NCBI RefSeq assembly: GCF_006345805.1
Contig: NW_021834411.1
Location: 1 to 48,443 of the forward strand
Source: Octopus sinensis
Taxonomy: Eukaryota
DNA length: 48,443 nt
Direction of reading: 5' to 3'
Shown here: in pieces, positions 24,563 to 37,120 of the stretch
How positions within the stretch are numbered: position 1 is the first letter of the stretch
How the letters are laid out: the number at the start of each line of letters is the position of its first letter
Made by a program: the position numbers and the translations under genes
The notes under the pieces: model-generated
Database searches by the model: none
What the model was told of the DNA's origin: nothing
Seen by the model: only the letters and a program-made list of their open reading frames with translations

Positions 24563-27061
24563 TCATTTATATAAGTGGAAAGTGTGCTTCTGCCAATGCT
24601 TACATTTATAGGATTTTTCTATTAGTGTGTTTACCAAGGGGAACTTGGCGAAAAGGATATAGAAGAGTTCAGAATTACAAATGCCACAATATTTCCTGCC
24701 CTTATCAAAAGGAAGGGATACAGACAATATGGACCAATCCAGCTTGAAAGATATACTGTTGTCCTTAAGACGCCAAACTAATTTACTTAGTCCTGTACTT
24801 TGTTGTTTTCTCTTATCTCGGAAAGTTGAATAATGATTGGAAATTCTCTGGGACAATCGAGAAGTTGTCGCACCAATATAGAAGAAGACATCGGTGCCGG
24901 AAGAAATTTTACACTGGTAAATGGAATTTTTAATTTTGGAATTACTGGACAAGAACTTTAATCTGTTAGGGTTTTCCTCCGAGATCAAGACGGAGTTTTT
25001 ATTGTTATGATTGCTATTTATATTACTGCTAGCATTAATCACTACACTATTTCTATTATTGTTATCATTATTAATTGTACTATAACCGGCAATATCCCTG
25101 ACAATAGAAATGTTGTTGTTGTTACCATCAACACTACCACTGTTATTAACTCGACTAATGCTATTATTAATATTATCATTGCTAACACTAACGCTGCTAC
25201 GAATGTTGCTACTATCAATACTATTTCTATTATTATTATTGTATGTTTGGTTGGAATTGGTAAGAATAGTGTTGGAACTCCCGGGTAAAGAATCTTTCTT
25301 TAGCAGCTTATTATTATGGGAAGCAATAATTTGCGAAAGATTTCTAGTGTTAGAGAATGCAATTCTTACCTTATGTGAATAGATAATAGAATAATACCTA
25401 GAATTCCTGGGAAAGTTCCTAGCCACGGCTTCACGGAACTGTAAAGGAAGGTTCGATTTGATTTGTTTTCCGAAAGGTATAACAAACCAGATATAGTTTT
25501 TTGTGGACTATATAGTTTTTTGTGAATTGCTCATAGCGTTACTAGTGACAGTAAAGGGAAAATTTCTGTGCTGGAAATTTGGGGTTGGGTGTCTATTGCC
25601 TCCCCTGGTCCGTAAATTATTTCTCTTACGTACAGGGGTGCCGACGTTGTTAGAACTGAAATCATTATTCTCACTATTTCTATTGTTATTAGTTTTCTTA
25701 TCCTGAGAAGTATATATTGGTTTAGAATGGGCTGGGTCGATGTATGATACTTTATCTCTATAACCGGCTTTTGACAAGGCGGCGTTATAAAATTCCGCTT
25801 TTTGGTTAAAGATGTCGACATTAGTAGATAATTTTGACAGTCTTAAAGAAATGTTTTTAAACTAAATTATCGGTAATTGTTTTGGTATGATTACTGAAAA
25901 TGCTGATATATTTAAGATTAGTAGAAGGTTTATGATAAGGGAAGTACGAATTATTCTGCAGATTTAGGGTAATGTCTAAGAAGTTGGCTTTAGTTAATTC
26001 ATCGTCAAAAACTATGTTCAAGCTCATTCTACTAAAAAATCTAGCTAATCTGTTCTTAACCTTCTGTATTTTTTGGTTCGAAGCATTCTGGAGGTAAAGC
26101 AGACAATCGTCTCGATACAGTCCGCTACAGATGTCCGGGAATTGGTCGGCCAATTCATAGAGAATATAAATTCCGACCAAATCGGCTATCTGGGCGCTGT
26201 CTGTACTTCCCATTAGCACATCGAACGCGTTAGGGGTGTCTCTGCGTACCCACAACTTATTATCGAACTGTATGAAATATTTTCTAGCTGCTAATATTAC
26301 ATTAATTTCCTCCCTGGAGAGGCCTGCCTTATTGTGCGCGTACCATAGGACCTTATTAAGTACACTAGGGTTGATTGAAGGGTAGAAACTAGATATATCG
26401 AATTGTATAAATTTTGTGTTGGCCTTATCATTAATAGAAGTAAACCACTCTACGACTTGAGCAGAGTTAGACCATAAGCTAAGTTTTAACTTATTGATTA
26501 ATATAGGTTTATTTTTATCTAAAATGTACTTACTAAGGGTACCGATGTCGGAACTAGAAGGGCATATGAGCCGCAATGCCGGGTTGGTATGAAAGTTCTG
26601 TTTATGGTCCTTAAGGATGAATCTTGGTTGTCTGGGGTTCAACGGTTGCGTTTTCATTTGTAATCCATACGTCTCCATGATTTTCTTAATTTCTAAGTTG
26701 GCCTGTCTGAGTGTATTCCTACTTGTTGTCCTGTAATTCTTATGTATCTCTCTTTTGAGTAATTCTAAATAATGGTTCTTTGCAAGCTTATATATGTTCC
26801 GGTTTTATCCGATTGGACCAGGATAGCGTCTAATATGTTTATATCTCTAGCGACTTTATCGAGGTATTTGAGGTGTTTATTCCTTAGGGGTGATTTATGA
26901 AATTTAATGTTCCTTACGATGTCCCACAGATCATCTTCGAATTTCTTCCACAGAAGAACACGGGGTTTCTGCCATTGGCATGTAGCTTCAACCGTGTTTT
27001 CTGACGTGAATTTGCTACCCAGGTATCGATTAACCGAATTATCCATACTAGGATAATTCAT
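24563..27061 (-). pseudogene. Penelope-like retroelement ORF (RT + C-terminal GIY-YIG endonuclease), Naiad-like, three lesions
   Basis: DKTGNIY, FIQFDISSFYPSI, MGSTDSAQIADLVG, GLYRDD, FLDITL, PYHKP, SIYQC...FYIG...RISNH...WSIL...CGICNSE...CKH. Joined across a -1 shift near 26796, a +1 shift near 25858 and an in-frame TAG at 25508-25510; 2499 nt = 833 codons. Confidence 0.93.
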
Positions 27062-27287
27062 TCACCTACTTAAATATATATATATAGTAGTAAACTCGAT
27101 GCTTGCTACAGGAGGACTGGTAACCATTACAATTTGTAGCGGCGAAAGGTCTGGACGTTGTTTTCTGAGGCTGACCAAAGAAATTTTTATTTTTAGATAT
27201 AAGTGATGTACTCAAGTGTAGTTATGTTTTTAGCTTGTGCTTTTTCCATGATCATACGTGAGTATTTTATTTATATCCCATCGAAAG

Positions 27288-27351
27288 TTCTACTGAAGAA
27301 GGAATATATCTTTTTTTATAAGATTAAGTCCGAAATTGATTCAATATAGAG
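27288..27351 (+). ncRNA. Type I hammerhead ribozyme (CUGAAGA+A), AUA site
   Basis: TTCTA-CTGAAGA-A-GGA(..ATCTT..AAGAT..)TCC-GAA-ATTGATTCAAT-A-TAGAG. Confidence 0.72.
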
Positions 27352-27999
27352 ATAACGAAATTTAAATTTTCTAAAGGTTAGTTGCCCGTTTTCAGTTTCA
27401 ATTTTCCTGTAACAAGTGGATAAAACAGTGTATTTGGCTTTAGAATAACCCTCTTTAGCCCTTAATTATATGATATATATATATATATATATATAATATA
27501 TATATATATACGCACAAAATGGGGCAAGAACGCAAAATATCCAGATAGACGATACAAAAAACACGGACGGGTCATTCGAAGCCTTTAATCTTCAGTCAAG
27601 AACCGGATCATCCTCGCAATTTCGGCTGATTAATCTTGAGATTGCTCCAATCTGGCCAGCCCCAAGGAAAAACTAAGCTAAGAGCATTAGATTTCTTGGA
27701 AAAAGGATCGAATGTATACGAAACAAGGATGGAAAAACGGACGATGTTACACGAATATAAATACAAAAATAATACAAAAAAAAACAATAATAATAATAAT
27801 AACAGGACATAACAACAGGCATCTTTCGACTGGAGACGAATTGAATTCAGCTGGCGTGTTGGGAATTAGGCCTTACGGCAGAGGAAAAGTATCGATGTGG
27901 CAGTAACCGTGGTATTTGGAAACAGTAACGCCGCCATTACTTACATGAAAACCATGAGCGTGCTTTCAAGGCTTGAAAGTCAAGGTAAAATCGTAATAT

Positions 28000-28210
28000 T
28001 TCATGTAAAGTAGATATAACAAATAATCCAAAATCCTTGTCCGGTACCGGATCGATTCCAATATCTAATTAGTTCGTGCCAGTCATGAGCCCAAACATCC
28101 CCGAAAGTTTCATCCGAATCCATCCAGCGGTTCTCGAGATATCTTGTCCACAGACAAATAAACAAACACGACTGAAAATAATATCTCCGCCTTCGCCAAG
28201 GCGGAGATAA
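28000..28210. mobile_element. Non-autonomous Helentron/HINE-like element, copy 1
   Basis: Terminal hairpin ATCTCCGCCTTCGCCAAGGCGGAGAT; paralogous to 28950-29167. Confidence 0.55.
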
Positions 28211-28214
28211 CAGG

Positions 28215-28752
28215 CAGTGGTTCTCATGGCTTCTGACCATAACTAATTGGAAGTGTTATCATGTACATTGTTTTGTCTGGGTATAAAAGATGGGCTACAG
28301 GAAATTTTCTGCACAATACCACAGATTTGCTTGTCAGTTGTTTGACCATAACCAGTTGAGTATGAACCTTGGTGGCTGACGATATATGCATCTCTGAAAA
28401 CGAGCAGAAGTAGTAGGGGAACATCATAGCCATGTGTTAAGAGGAATTCTTTGGGGGTTTGAACGATTCACCTCTGAAAATATGAGTGTTTTGTTCATCA
28501 TCCTTAAACAAAACTTATTCAGGGACCTTTTGAGCAGAATGGGCTACTCAGCCTGAAGAAAATTCTAACTGGGCCCCCTCCTGCAAGATCATGCACTGTT
28601 TATCTTGATATAAGACCACCATGCTTCGCACATATGGTTGTGATGCATGTACCTGGTGTACCCTTATCAGACGAGTAGTCATGATGGATATATAGTGGTT
28701 TGTATAATTGTACTCCATTGTCACTTTGATGGCATGCGCTGCTCTCTCACTC

Positions 28753-28755
<3 letters not shown>
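28215..28755 (-). mobile_element. Interspersed repeat family D (SINE-like)
   Basis: 28620-28755 is the reverse complement of 39360-39495 (GAGTGAGAGAGCAGCGCATGCCATCAAAGTGAC...). Confidence 0.65.
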
Positions 28756-28797
<42 letters not shown>

Positions 28798-28949
28798 TAG
28801 AGCACTCAAAGAGCGCAAGCCTCCCCCAAGGCAAAACTAACGTCCTCTCAACAATTAGCCAGAGATGCTTTTTAAAACGGGAATATCTGAAGTAAACTCG
28901 ACTGCTCTCACAAACGATAATACTATAAATGAACCAGATAGCTCTCAAA

Positions 28950-29167
28950 AATTAAGTAAAAAAACAAGAAAAATAATCCAGAATCCTTGTTCTGTAACCG
29001 ATTGATCCCAAAATCTAAGCAGCTCGTGTCAGTCACGGGGCCAAACATCCGTGAAAGTTTCATCCGAATCTATCCAGCGGTTCCTGAAATATCTTGTCCA
29101 CTGACAACAAACAAACAAGCAAACACGACTGACAACAATACCTCCGCCTTCGCTAAGGCGGAAGTAA
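28950..29167. mobile_element. Non-autonomous Helentron/HINE-like element, copy 2
   Basis: CTCCGCCTTCGCTAAGGCGGAAG hairpin; shares AAAGTTTCATCCGAATC..CCAGCGGTTC with copy 1. Confidence 0.55.
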
Positions 29168-29169
29168 TA

Positions 29170-29381
29170 ATAATCCTTTCTACTGGAGGCACAAAGCCTC
29201 TAATTTGGGAGAGGAGACTAGTTGATAACATCGACCCCAGTATTTCACTGGTACTTAATTTATCGACCTTGAAAGGATGAAAGGCAAAGTCGACCTCAGC
29301 GGAATTTTAACTCTGAACGTAGCAACAGGCTAAGCATTTCGTCCAGCGCACTAATGATTCTGCCAGCTCGCCGTCTAACAC

Positions 29382-29447
<66 letters not shown>

Positions 29448-29880
29448 TAATAAATAATAATAATGGTTTCAATTTTTGGCACAAGGCCAAAATTTTAAGG
29501 GGAGAGGTAAGTCGATTACATCGTCCGTAGTGCTTATCTGGTACTTATTTTATCGACCCCGAAAACAACACCGGCGGAATTTGAAGTCGGAACCTAAAGA
29601 AATGCCGCTAAGCGTTTTGTCTGACGCGCTAACGTTTCTGCCAGCTCGCAGACTTAACTGCAACAGCAACAACAATGATTATAATGATTTCAAATTTTGG
29701 CACAACACCAGCAATTTCGGGGGAGGAGCAAGTCGATTATATCTTATTTTATCGACCACCTGGTAGGATAAAAGGCAAAGCCGACCTCGGCGGAATTTGA
29801 ACTCAGAATATATAGAGCCGAAAGAAATGTAAAAGCCGCTAAGCATTTTACCTGGCGTGTTAACGATTCTACGCAGGCTT
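29170..29880 (-). mobile_element. Three family-B SINE copies separated by (AAT)n
   Basis: Repeated AAAGGCAAAGTCGACCTC..CGGAATTT motifs. Confidence 0.75.
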
Positions 29881-30399
29881 GAAAACAGCAACAACAACAG
29901 GAATAATAGTAAAGCAACTGTAGACAAAATAATTGGTGATAAATATACAAAAGAGGTGATAAACAAAGAGAATAATAATAATAGCAACTAAAAAATTGGT
30001 GCGATAAATTTTCTGCGCATGCGCAGATATATCTCAAAATTTATCTTTCATTCTAAAATTAAATAAAGAAGTAAATGTACAAGAGAAGATGAAGAGATAG
30101 TCTGTCTAAGCTGCAGTAATAAACCCTACCGCTTTTTTGTACATTTTCAAATATGGTGGTAATTATTTAATGTGGTTTTTATGGTTACTGTGGTTAATTA
30201 AGGTGGTGTTGTGGTTACTGCTGCCAAAGTTATTGCGAAAGAGTTTTGATTCTCAATCGAATCCAAGTTCGCAACAATATCATCTGGAAAGACATTAACA
30301 CCACTGCTACTTGCATTCACGTACGATTCTGCTGTTTCAAAGGAAGTTTACAACGTTGATTAAAAATTAAACAAATTCATTGCCTTTGAAACGAGGAAG

Positions 30400-31223
30400 A
30401 AAAAAATAGTTGCTAATGTTGTAGCTGTTGTTGCTAATGTCGCTGTTAATTGTTAGCTGTTAATGTTGTTTGCAATTACTCTTGTAAATTCTGTTGTGTC
30501 TACAGTTGCTAACTAACTCTGTCGCATCTATGGTTGCTATGTTCTTACAGCTTGCTCATGTTGCGATTACTGTTATTAATTTTGTGGTAACATTTGCTAA
30601 CGTCACTGTGATTACTGTCTGCGGTTGTGGTTACTGTTGCTAATGTTGTGACTACTGTTGTTGATGTGACTACAACTGCCTTACTGTAGCAACTACTACT
30701 GCTAACTCATATTGTTTGAAGATGTAGTCTCTGTAACTACTGTTGTGGGTGATATTGCTAACATGGTTGTGAGTACAGCTGCTGCTGCTAATGCCGATGT
30801 GGCTATTGTTGTTAATGATGTGACCATTATTGCGAATATTGTGACAACTACTGTTCATGTTGCTATAGCCACTGTTGTTAATGTTATTGTTGTTACTATT
30901 TCTAACATGGTGGATGTTGTTGCTAATGTTGCAGATGTTGCAAAGTTGTTGTAACTGGTGATGCTAATGTTGTTCTTGTGACTGCCGTTATTAATGCTGT
31001 GACTGCTTACGCTGTTGTAATGTTGTTGTTACTGCTGTGACTGCGAATGTTGTTGTAGCTGGTGTTGCTAATGTTATTTTTGTGACTGCAGTTGTTAATA
31101 TTGTGACTGCTGTTACTAACGTTGTTGTTACTGGTGTTAATGTGGTGACTACTGTTGCTAAGGCTCTCAATGAAACCATCTTTTAAATAGTTTTCCCGCC
31201 ATCACTTCATCATCATCATCGTT

Positions 31224-31254
<31 letters not shown>

Positions 31255-31360
31255 TTAACATCATCATTATCAACATGGTCATATCATCAACGACGTCGCC
31301 ATCGATATCATCATCATCATCATCATCATCAACACCGTTGTCGTCGTCGTCGTCCTCATG
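30400..31360. repeat. Degenerate GTT/ACT/CAT trinucleotide low-complexity tract
   Basis: Direct reading; no sustained ORF. Confidence 0.85.
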
Positions 31361-31980
31361 CGTCATCGTTTGTCGTCTTCTGTTAATGTGACCGAAAACG
31401 GAAAGCCCTATGCGTTATTATCGATGTTTGTTGAGGTTATTACTGCTGTCGTTTTTGTTGTGGTTGTTGTTGTTGTCGGCGATGACGATGATGATGGTGG
31501 TGGCGGTGGCGGTGGTGTTAGTGATGGTAGTGGTGGTGGAGGTGGTGGTAGCGGAACTGGCTCTGGTGATAATACATTTAATACATGTCGCATTAATAAC
31601 GATGAATTCCGTTTTTTTTTTCGTTACCTATGTTATTGTTCTATGTGCTAATTCCCTAAATGTTGTTGTTGTTATTGCCTTTGAACACAGTTATCACCAC
31701 ACACCACCACCCTCTTATCTTTCTTCTTCTTCTTCTTCTTCTTCTTCTTCTTCTTCTTCTTCTTCTTCTTCTTCTTCTTCTTCTTCTTCTTCTTCTTCTT
31801 CTTCTTCTTTCTCCCCACTCACATATACATGCACAAACGTCAAAAACTCTGCATACGCACGTTCACACGCGCGTTCACATACGAATATGCATGTACCTTC
31901 CACGACATATATACACATATATACATATTACAAATGTATATACTTGTATGTGCGTGTGTATACACATGCATCTATCTATG

Positions 31981-32053
<73 letters not shown>

Positions 32054-32114
32054 TTATATTACCCTATATAAATATATATATGAATGCCTGTCTCTAAAAA
32101 TGCATGTGCGTGTG

Positions 32115-32154
<40 letters not shown>

Positions 32155-32385
32155 AGAGAATGAGTGAGAGTGTATGTGTGTGTGTGGAAAGCAAACACGT
32201 ACACTTTGACAGAGATGAATGAAAAAGCCTACGCACGCATGTATACACATACATACATACATACATACATACATACATACATACATACATACATACATAC
32301 ATACATGCATATATATATATAAACACGCGCGCAAATGAACACCCACATATATGATACATGCATGCACACATATGCACTCCCTCCC

Positions 32386-32469
<84 letters not shown>

Positions 32470-32794
32470 ATATGTATATATACATATATACACATAAAAA
32501 CAAACATACTACTCCCGATACACACTCCCTTCACACATTCTACGCATGCCCCTCCACATACACACACAGTATATATTCTACGCAGATCAGTTGCAGCGAT
32601 GGGAGTACCCCTCTATTGCCCGGAAGAAATGAAATATTTTCTTGCCAACATCAAACGATGTGAATGCAATCAACAAAACCCATTTTCATTAGAACACAGT
32701 AAATATTTTATTTGAGTCCCCGAGTCGTTTCATTTGACGCCATTTCACAAACAAACAGCCAATCACGTTTATAATTGCTTATTTATTATTATTA

Positions 32795-32826
<32 letters not shown>

Positions 32827-32874
32827 ACCTTGTTTTTTTCATAAATTCAGCTTTAAAAAAGAATAATTCAGGTC

Positions 32875-32936
<62 letters not shown>

Positions 32937-33567
32937 CACAGTAATAATAATAAAGGTGAAAACAATAAGTTATGTTGAAACAACTGTAGACAAAATGAAA
33001 TGTAACATATTGCTATGTTGAGGTGATAAATAAACAAAGAGAATAGAAATAGTAACTAAAAATAAACAAACAGGCAAAAAAGGAAAGGAAAACAATTGGT
33101 GTGTTTAAGTTTCTGCGCATGTGCAGGTGTATCGCAAAATTTCTCTCACTCTTCTCTCTCCCCACCTCCCTCTCTCACTAAATGAATAAATGTATAAATA
33201 AAAGCGGAAGGAAAAGAAAATTCTGTAATAAACACTCCAACTCCGTTCGCCACTTCCTTGCATATTTTCTAGCGTGGTTGATAACTACTTCGGCGAATGA
33301 AGTTCGCGACCCAGTTTCGATTTCAAGCTTAGACACAGTGCTTAATGATATCCTTTGGAAATGTATACTCTTCACCGCCGCCCCAACAATTTTTGCCCTC
33401 CAATAAAATCTATGAGGGTTTGTAACAACTTGAAAAGAATCAGGAATATTTACAATTTTCAGTAGCCATTATATATAGAAAGAGGAACAATTATTGTCAT
33501 ATTTGGGGAGGGTCATATTTTTGCCAATTAACCACGCAGACTATATATTTGGTCTTTATTTCGGCTT

Positions 33568-33757
33568 TATTATTATTTTTATTTTAGTGTCCCTTGTCTG
33601 GAAATCTTTCATCCCATATCTTGTGAGCAATTCAGCAAAACAGAATGGACTAAAGAGAACAGGAGGAGACACACGGGATGGAGAGTCGCTGAAGAGGTCA
33701 CAGGATGTCGTGACGAAATATTTCCAGACAAGAGATACTAAAAAGAGAATAATAATA
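33568..33757. mobile_element. Short inverted-repeat element built from two divergent hammerhead copies
   Basis: ~36-bp outer arms (TTAGTGTCCCTTGTCTGGAAAT / ATTTCCAGACAAGAGATACTAA); HHR on plus at 33685-33729; degenerate mirror on minus at 33596-33640. Confidence 0.65.
33685..33729 (+). ncRNA. Hammerhead motif, intact core, weak stems I and III
   Basis: GTCG-CTGAAGA-G-GTCAC(AGGATGTC)GTGAC-GAAATATTT-C-CAGAC. Confidence 0.6.
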
Positions 33758-34309
33758 ATTAAACTGAAGTGAAGACCAAGCATATAGTGTGTGTGATTAA
33801 TCTGCAAAAAAAAAAAAAAATACCATCCCCAAATATAACAATATCTGTTTCAACAGACAATTTCAGATCAGGAATCTTGCAAAACAAACACATAAAAGGA
33901 GAAACAATTATGTTATTGCCTTTAATGAGGTCGGAGGAAGGATTGTTAAAGTTAGGTGAACCGTTGACCACGATTAGGTTTCTTTCTGCTTATCTCTTCG
34001 GTAGGTCTTAATTCTTTCCAAAGAAGATATGAAAAGACTTTTTAATGATTTTCTATGGTAATTCAAAACACTTCAACAATAACAACAACAACAACAACGA
34101 GTTTGGTTTTCGAAGAACTATGGATCTTAGTTTCTTTTCTTTCTGTTCATTTTCTTTGTTATTTGGCTGGGAAAGGATTTTATTGTTTTACGCTAAGTCT
34201 TCTTTTTCGGTGATTTCCAATCCTTTCCTTTCGTATTTTGACCGAGCGCTTCAGAATTTTCATCCGCAACTATATTTCTTCCTTATCGCTTGGTGAAAGT
34301 ATAACGCAT

Positions 34310-34649
34310 CCCTGGAAGGATAAAAGGCAAAGTCAACTTCGACAGAATTTGAACCCAGAACGTTGAAATGCCGCTAAGCATTTTGTCTAGCATGTTAACG
34401 ATTCTGCCAGCTCGCCACTTTATATAAAGTCAATAATCCTTTCTAATATAGGCACAAAGCCTGAAATTTGGGGAAGAGGGCTAGTTGATTACACCGACTC
34501 CATGCGTAACTGGTACTTATTTCATCGACCCCGAAAAGATGAAGGCAAAGTTGACCTCGGTGGGATTTGATTTCTGAATATAAGGACGGACGAAATGCCG
34601 CTAAGCATTTTGCCCGACGTGCTTACGATTCTACCAGCTTGCCGCCTTT
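34310..34649 (-). mobile_element. Two adjacent family-B SINE copies
   Basis: Shared family-B motifs; second copy bounded by TATATAAAGT(C/T)AATAAT duplications. Confidence 0.75.
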
Positions 34650-34651
34650 TA

Positions 34652-35215
34652 TTGGGTTGTCCGGAATGTTCGTGCCGATTTTTAAAGAAAAGAAAAAGGT
34701 CAATAAATACATGCCATTACATTTTTAATCAACCAAATATGAACCATTTTGTTGCACAATACGTCTCCATCCTTCCTTTAACTTGAAAATACCCTCTTCC
34801 CAGAATTGAGGTAGTTTCATGGCAAAGAATTCATCAAGGTATCTTTTTACGTCACCCGAGGAATTCAAATTTTTACCATTAAGACTATTCTGCAGACCTA
34901 AATAAGTGGAAATCCGAAGGAGCAATATCTAGTGAATATGGAGGGTGGGGTAACACATCGCAGCCGAGCTGGAGCAATTTTTATCTGGTTCCCAAAGCAT
35001 CAAGTGCCGAAAATGAACTTTCTTATCTTCCACTTTAAAGGGTTACAAAATTAACACAGGTTATAGGAACATAAACCTTCTTCCACGAAAAGATAGCTTA
35101 AACTGTGCTCTAAATGGAAGTGTAGCCAAATCCTATTTTATGGACTCAACCATGTTCTAAAATAAATCGAAAGGTAAGCTACTATTAATCGGCACGAACT
35201 TTCTGGACAACCCAA
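34652..35215 (-). mobile_element. Internally deleted mariner DNA transposon
   Basis: TIRs TTGGGTTGTCCGGAATGTTCGTGCCGATT / AATCGGCACGAACTTTCTGGACAACCCAA with TA on both sides; N-terminal EDKKVHFRHLMLWE fused to C-terminal DVLPHPPYSLDIAPSDFHL...LQNSLNGK. Confidence 0.92.
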
Positions 35216-35339
35216 TATATAAAGTTAATAATGACTGATTTTACCAGGTGGCCGCCTTACTTCCAAATATAGTAATTAACATATTTGACATCATGAAGTA
35301 TTTTTTCCTTTATAAATGCTATTTACTAAATTTGAGGGA

Positions 35340-35800
35340 GCATTATTAAAAATTAGGTTTATCTTTTTTTGTTATTCTTTTACTTGTTTCAGTCATTGGA
35401 CTGCAGCCAAGCTGGGACACTGCCTTGGCGGGTTTAGACGAACAAACAGACCCCAGGAATTATCTCGTTTTCAGACTGGCACCTATTCGATAGGTCTCTT
35501 TCGACGACGTGCTAAGTTACAGAACTAAATAAACCAACACCGGTTGTTAAGAGGTGGGGGAGTCAAACAGAAAGACCTACAGACACAAACATACATTCTC
35601 TCTGTCTCTCTTACACACATACACACACACATATATACACGACGGGATTTCACATAGTTTCCGTCAATCAAATTCACCCTCAAGGCATTTGTCAAACCGG
35701 GTCTACAGTAGACGACACTTTCCCAAGGTGTCGCGCAGTAGGACTGAACCCGAAACCGCGTGGTTGCAAAGCGAGATTCTTAACTACACGGCCATGCCTG
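35340..35800 (-). mobile_element. Degenerate tRNA-derived SINE, family A
   Basis: Reverse complement of GGCATGGCCGTGTAGTTAAG...GGTTCAGTCCTACTGCG; TTCTTTTACTTGTTTCAGTCA tail. Confidence 0.7.
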
Positions 35801-36574
35801 AGCCTACTTTGTTGTGATTCTAGTAAGTATTTTTTGTCTTTTTGTACTTTTACAAATGCTGCATATCCTAGTAATTTTTCTAGCATACCCTTATGGGTAC
35901 GCATATCTTGGTCTGAGTACCCCTAACTCTACACGTATTCACACGCAGATACGTACGCACACACCTGCACACGTACACACATTTTCCCTTCTCTCTCTCT
36001 CTGACACACACAGATACGCACGCACATACATACTTCTGTCTTTCTCACTCTCTCTTAGACACAAATATGCATTCTTTCTCACACATACGCATACATAGAC
36101 ACTCATACACACACTCACACATTGTATCTCACACTTATGCACACACATACTGTCCCTCCCTTAACCCACACACTCACTCTCTCTCCCTTTCTCTCTCACT
36201 CCGTTCCCCCTCACACACTGACATACCGGCTAACAGGATGTGTTTTGTCTGAGGAGGTCTTCAGTAGAAAATGGCCTTCCAGAGGATCAAGGCTATGGTA
36301 ACGCTATACGACGATAGGAAACACTTTTGAAAAATGGAACCTTGTCAGAATTGCACTTTTGATATCAAATACAAGATTAGTTTTCCTTTGCAAGTTGATA
36401 ACATCCGATAATGATATCAAACGGCATGGGAGAGCTTATCAAATATGTCTGGGTTTTTTTCTTTCGCTCTCTCCTTTTCTTTCTCTCTCTCTTTTTCCCT
36501 CCCTTCCTCTCTCTGTCTCTCTTCCACCCCTTCAGGTTGCTCATATTATTGTATTCTCGAAACGGAACATTTGC

Positions 36575-36950
36575 TCATGTATGTATGTATGTATGTATGT
36601 ATGTTGTATGTATGTATGTATGTATGTATGTATGTATGTATGTATGTATGTATATGTATGTATGTATGTATGTTATGTATGTATGTATGTATGTATGTAT
36701 GTAGTATGTATGTATGTATGTATGTATGTGTATGTATGTATTGTATGTATGTATGTATGTATTATGTATGTATGTATGTATGTATGTATGTATGTATGTA
36801 TGTATGTATGTATGTATGTATGTATGTATGTATGTATGTATGTATGTATGTATGTATGTATGTATGTATGTATGTATGTATTATGTATGTATGTATGTAT
36901 GTATGTATGTATGTATGTATGTATGTATGTATGTATGTATGTATGTATGT
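36575..36950. repeat. (TATG)n microsatellite
   Basis: Direct reading. Confidence 0.97.
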
Positions 36951-37056
36951 TTTAGGTGTTTTCGCTCAATAAACACACACAACGCCCGGTCTGAGAATCG
37001 AAACCGCGATCCTTCGACCGTGAGTCCGCTGCCCTAACCACTGGGCCATTGCGCCT
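36951..37056 (-). mobile_element. Truncated family-C SINE head
   Basis: Reverse complement of AGGCGCAATGGCCCAGTGGTTAGGGCAGCG...GTTTCGATT. Confidence 0.85.
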
Positions 37057-37120
37057 TCACCAGTCCTGAGGTAGTAGATTAAAAACTTTCCAGCTGTGAA
37101 CATCATACTTCTCTTTTTTA

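Noticed and set aside
25508-25510. Selenocysteine recoding in the PLE, known for some Naiad elements
   Set aside because: The in-frame stop is TAG, not TGA, and lies in a short local duplication
27560-27680. CTGAAGA (minus) and CTGATTA...GGAAA (plus) as hammerheads
   Set aside because: No stem II closure or palindromic stem III
33178-34011. Protein-like short ORFs (33178-33375, 33494-33772, 33759-33971)
   Set aside because: No recognisable domain; part is explained by the hammerhead inverted repeat
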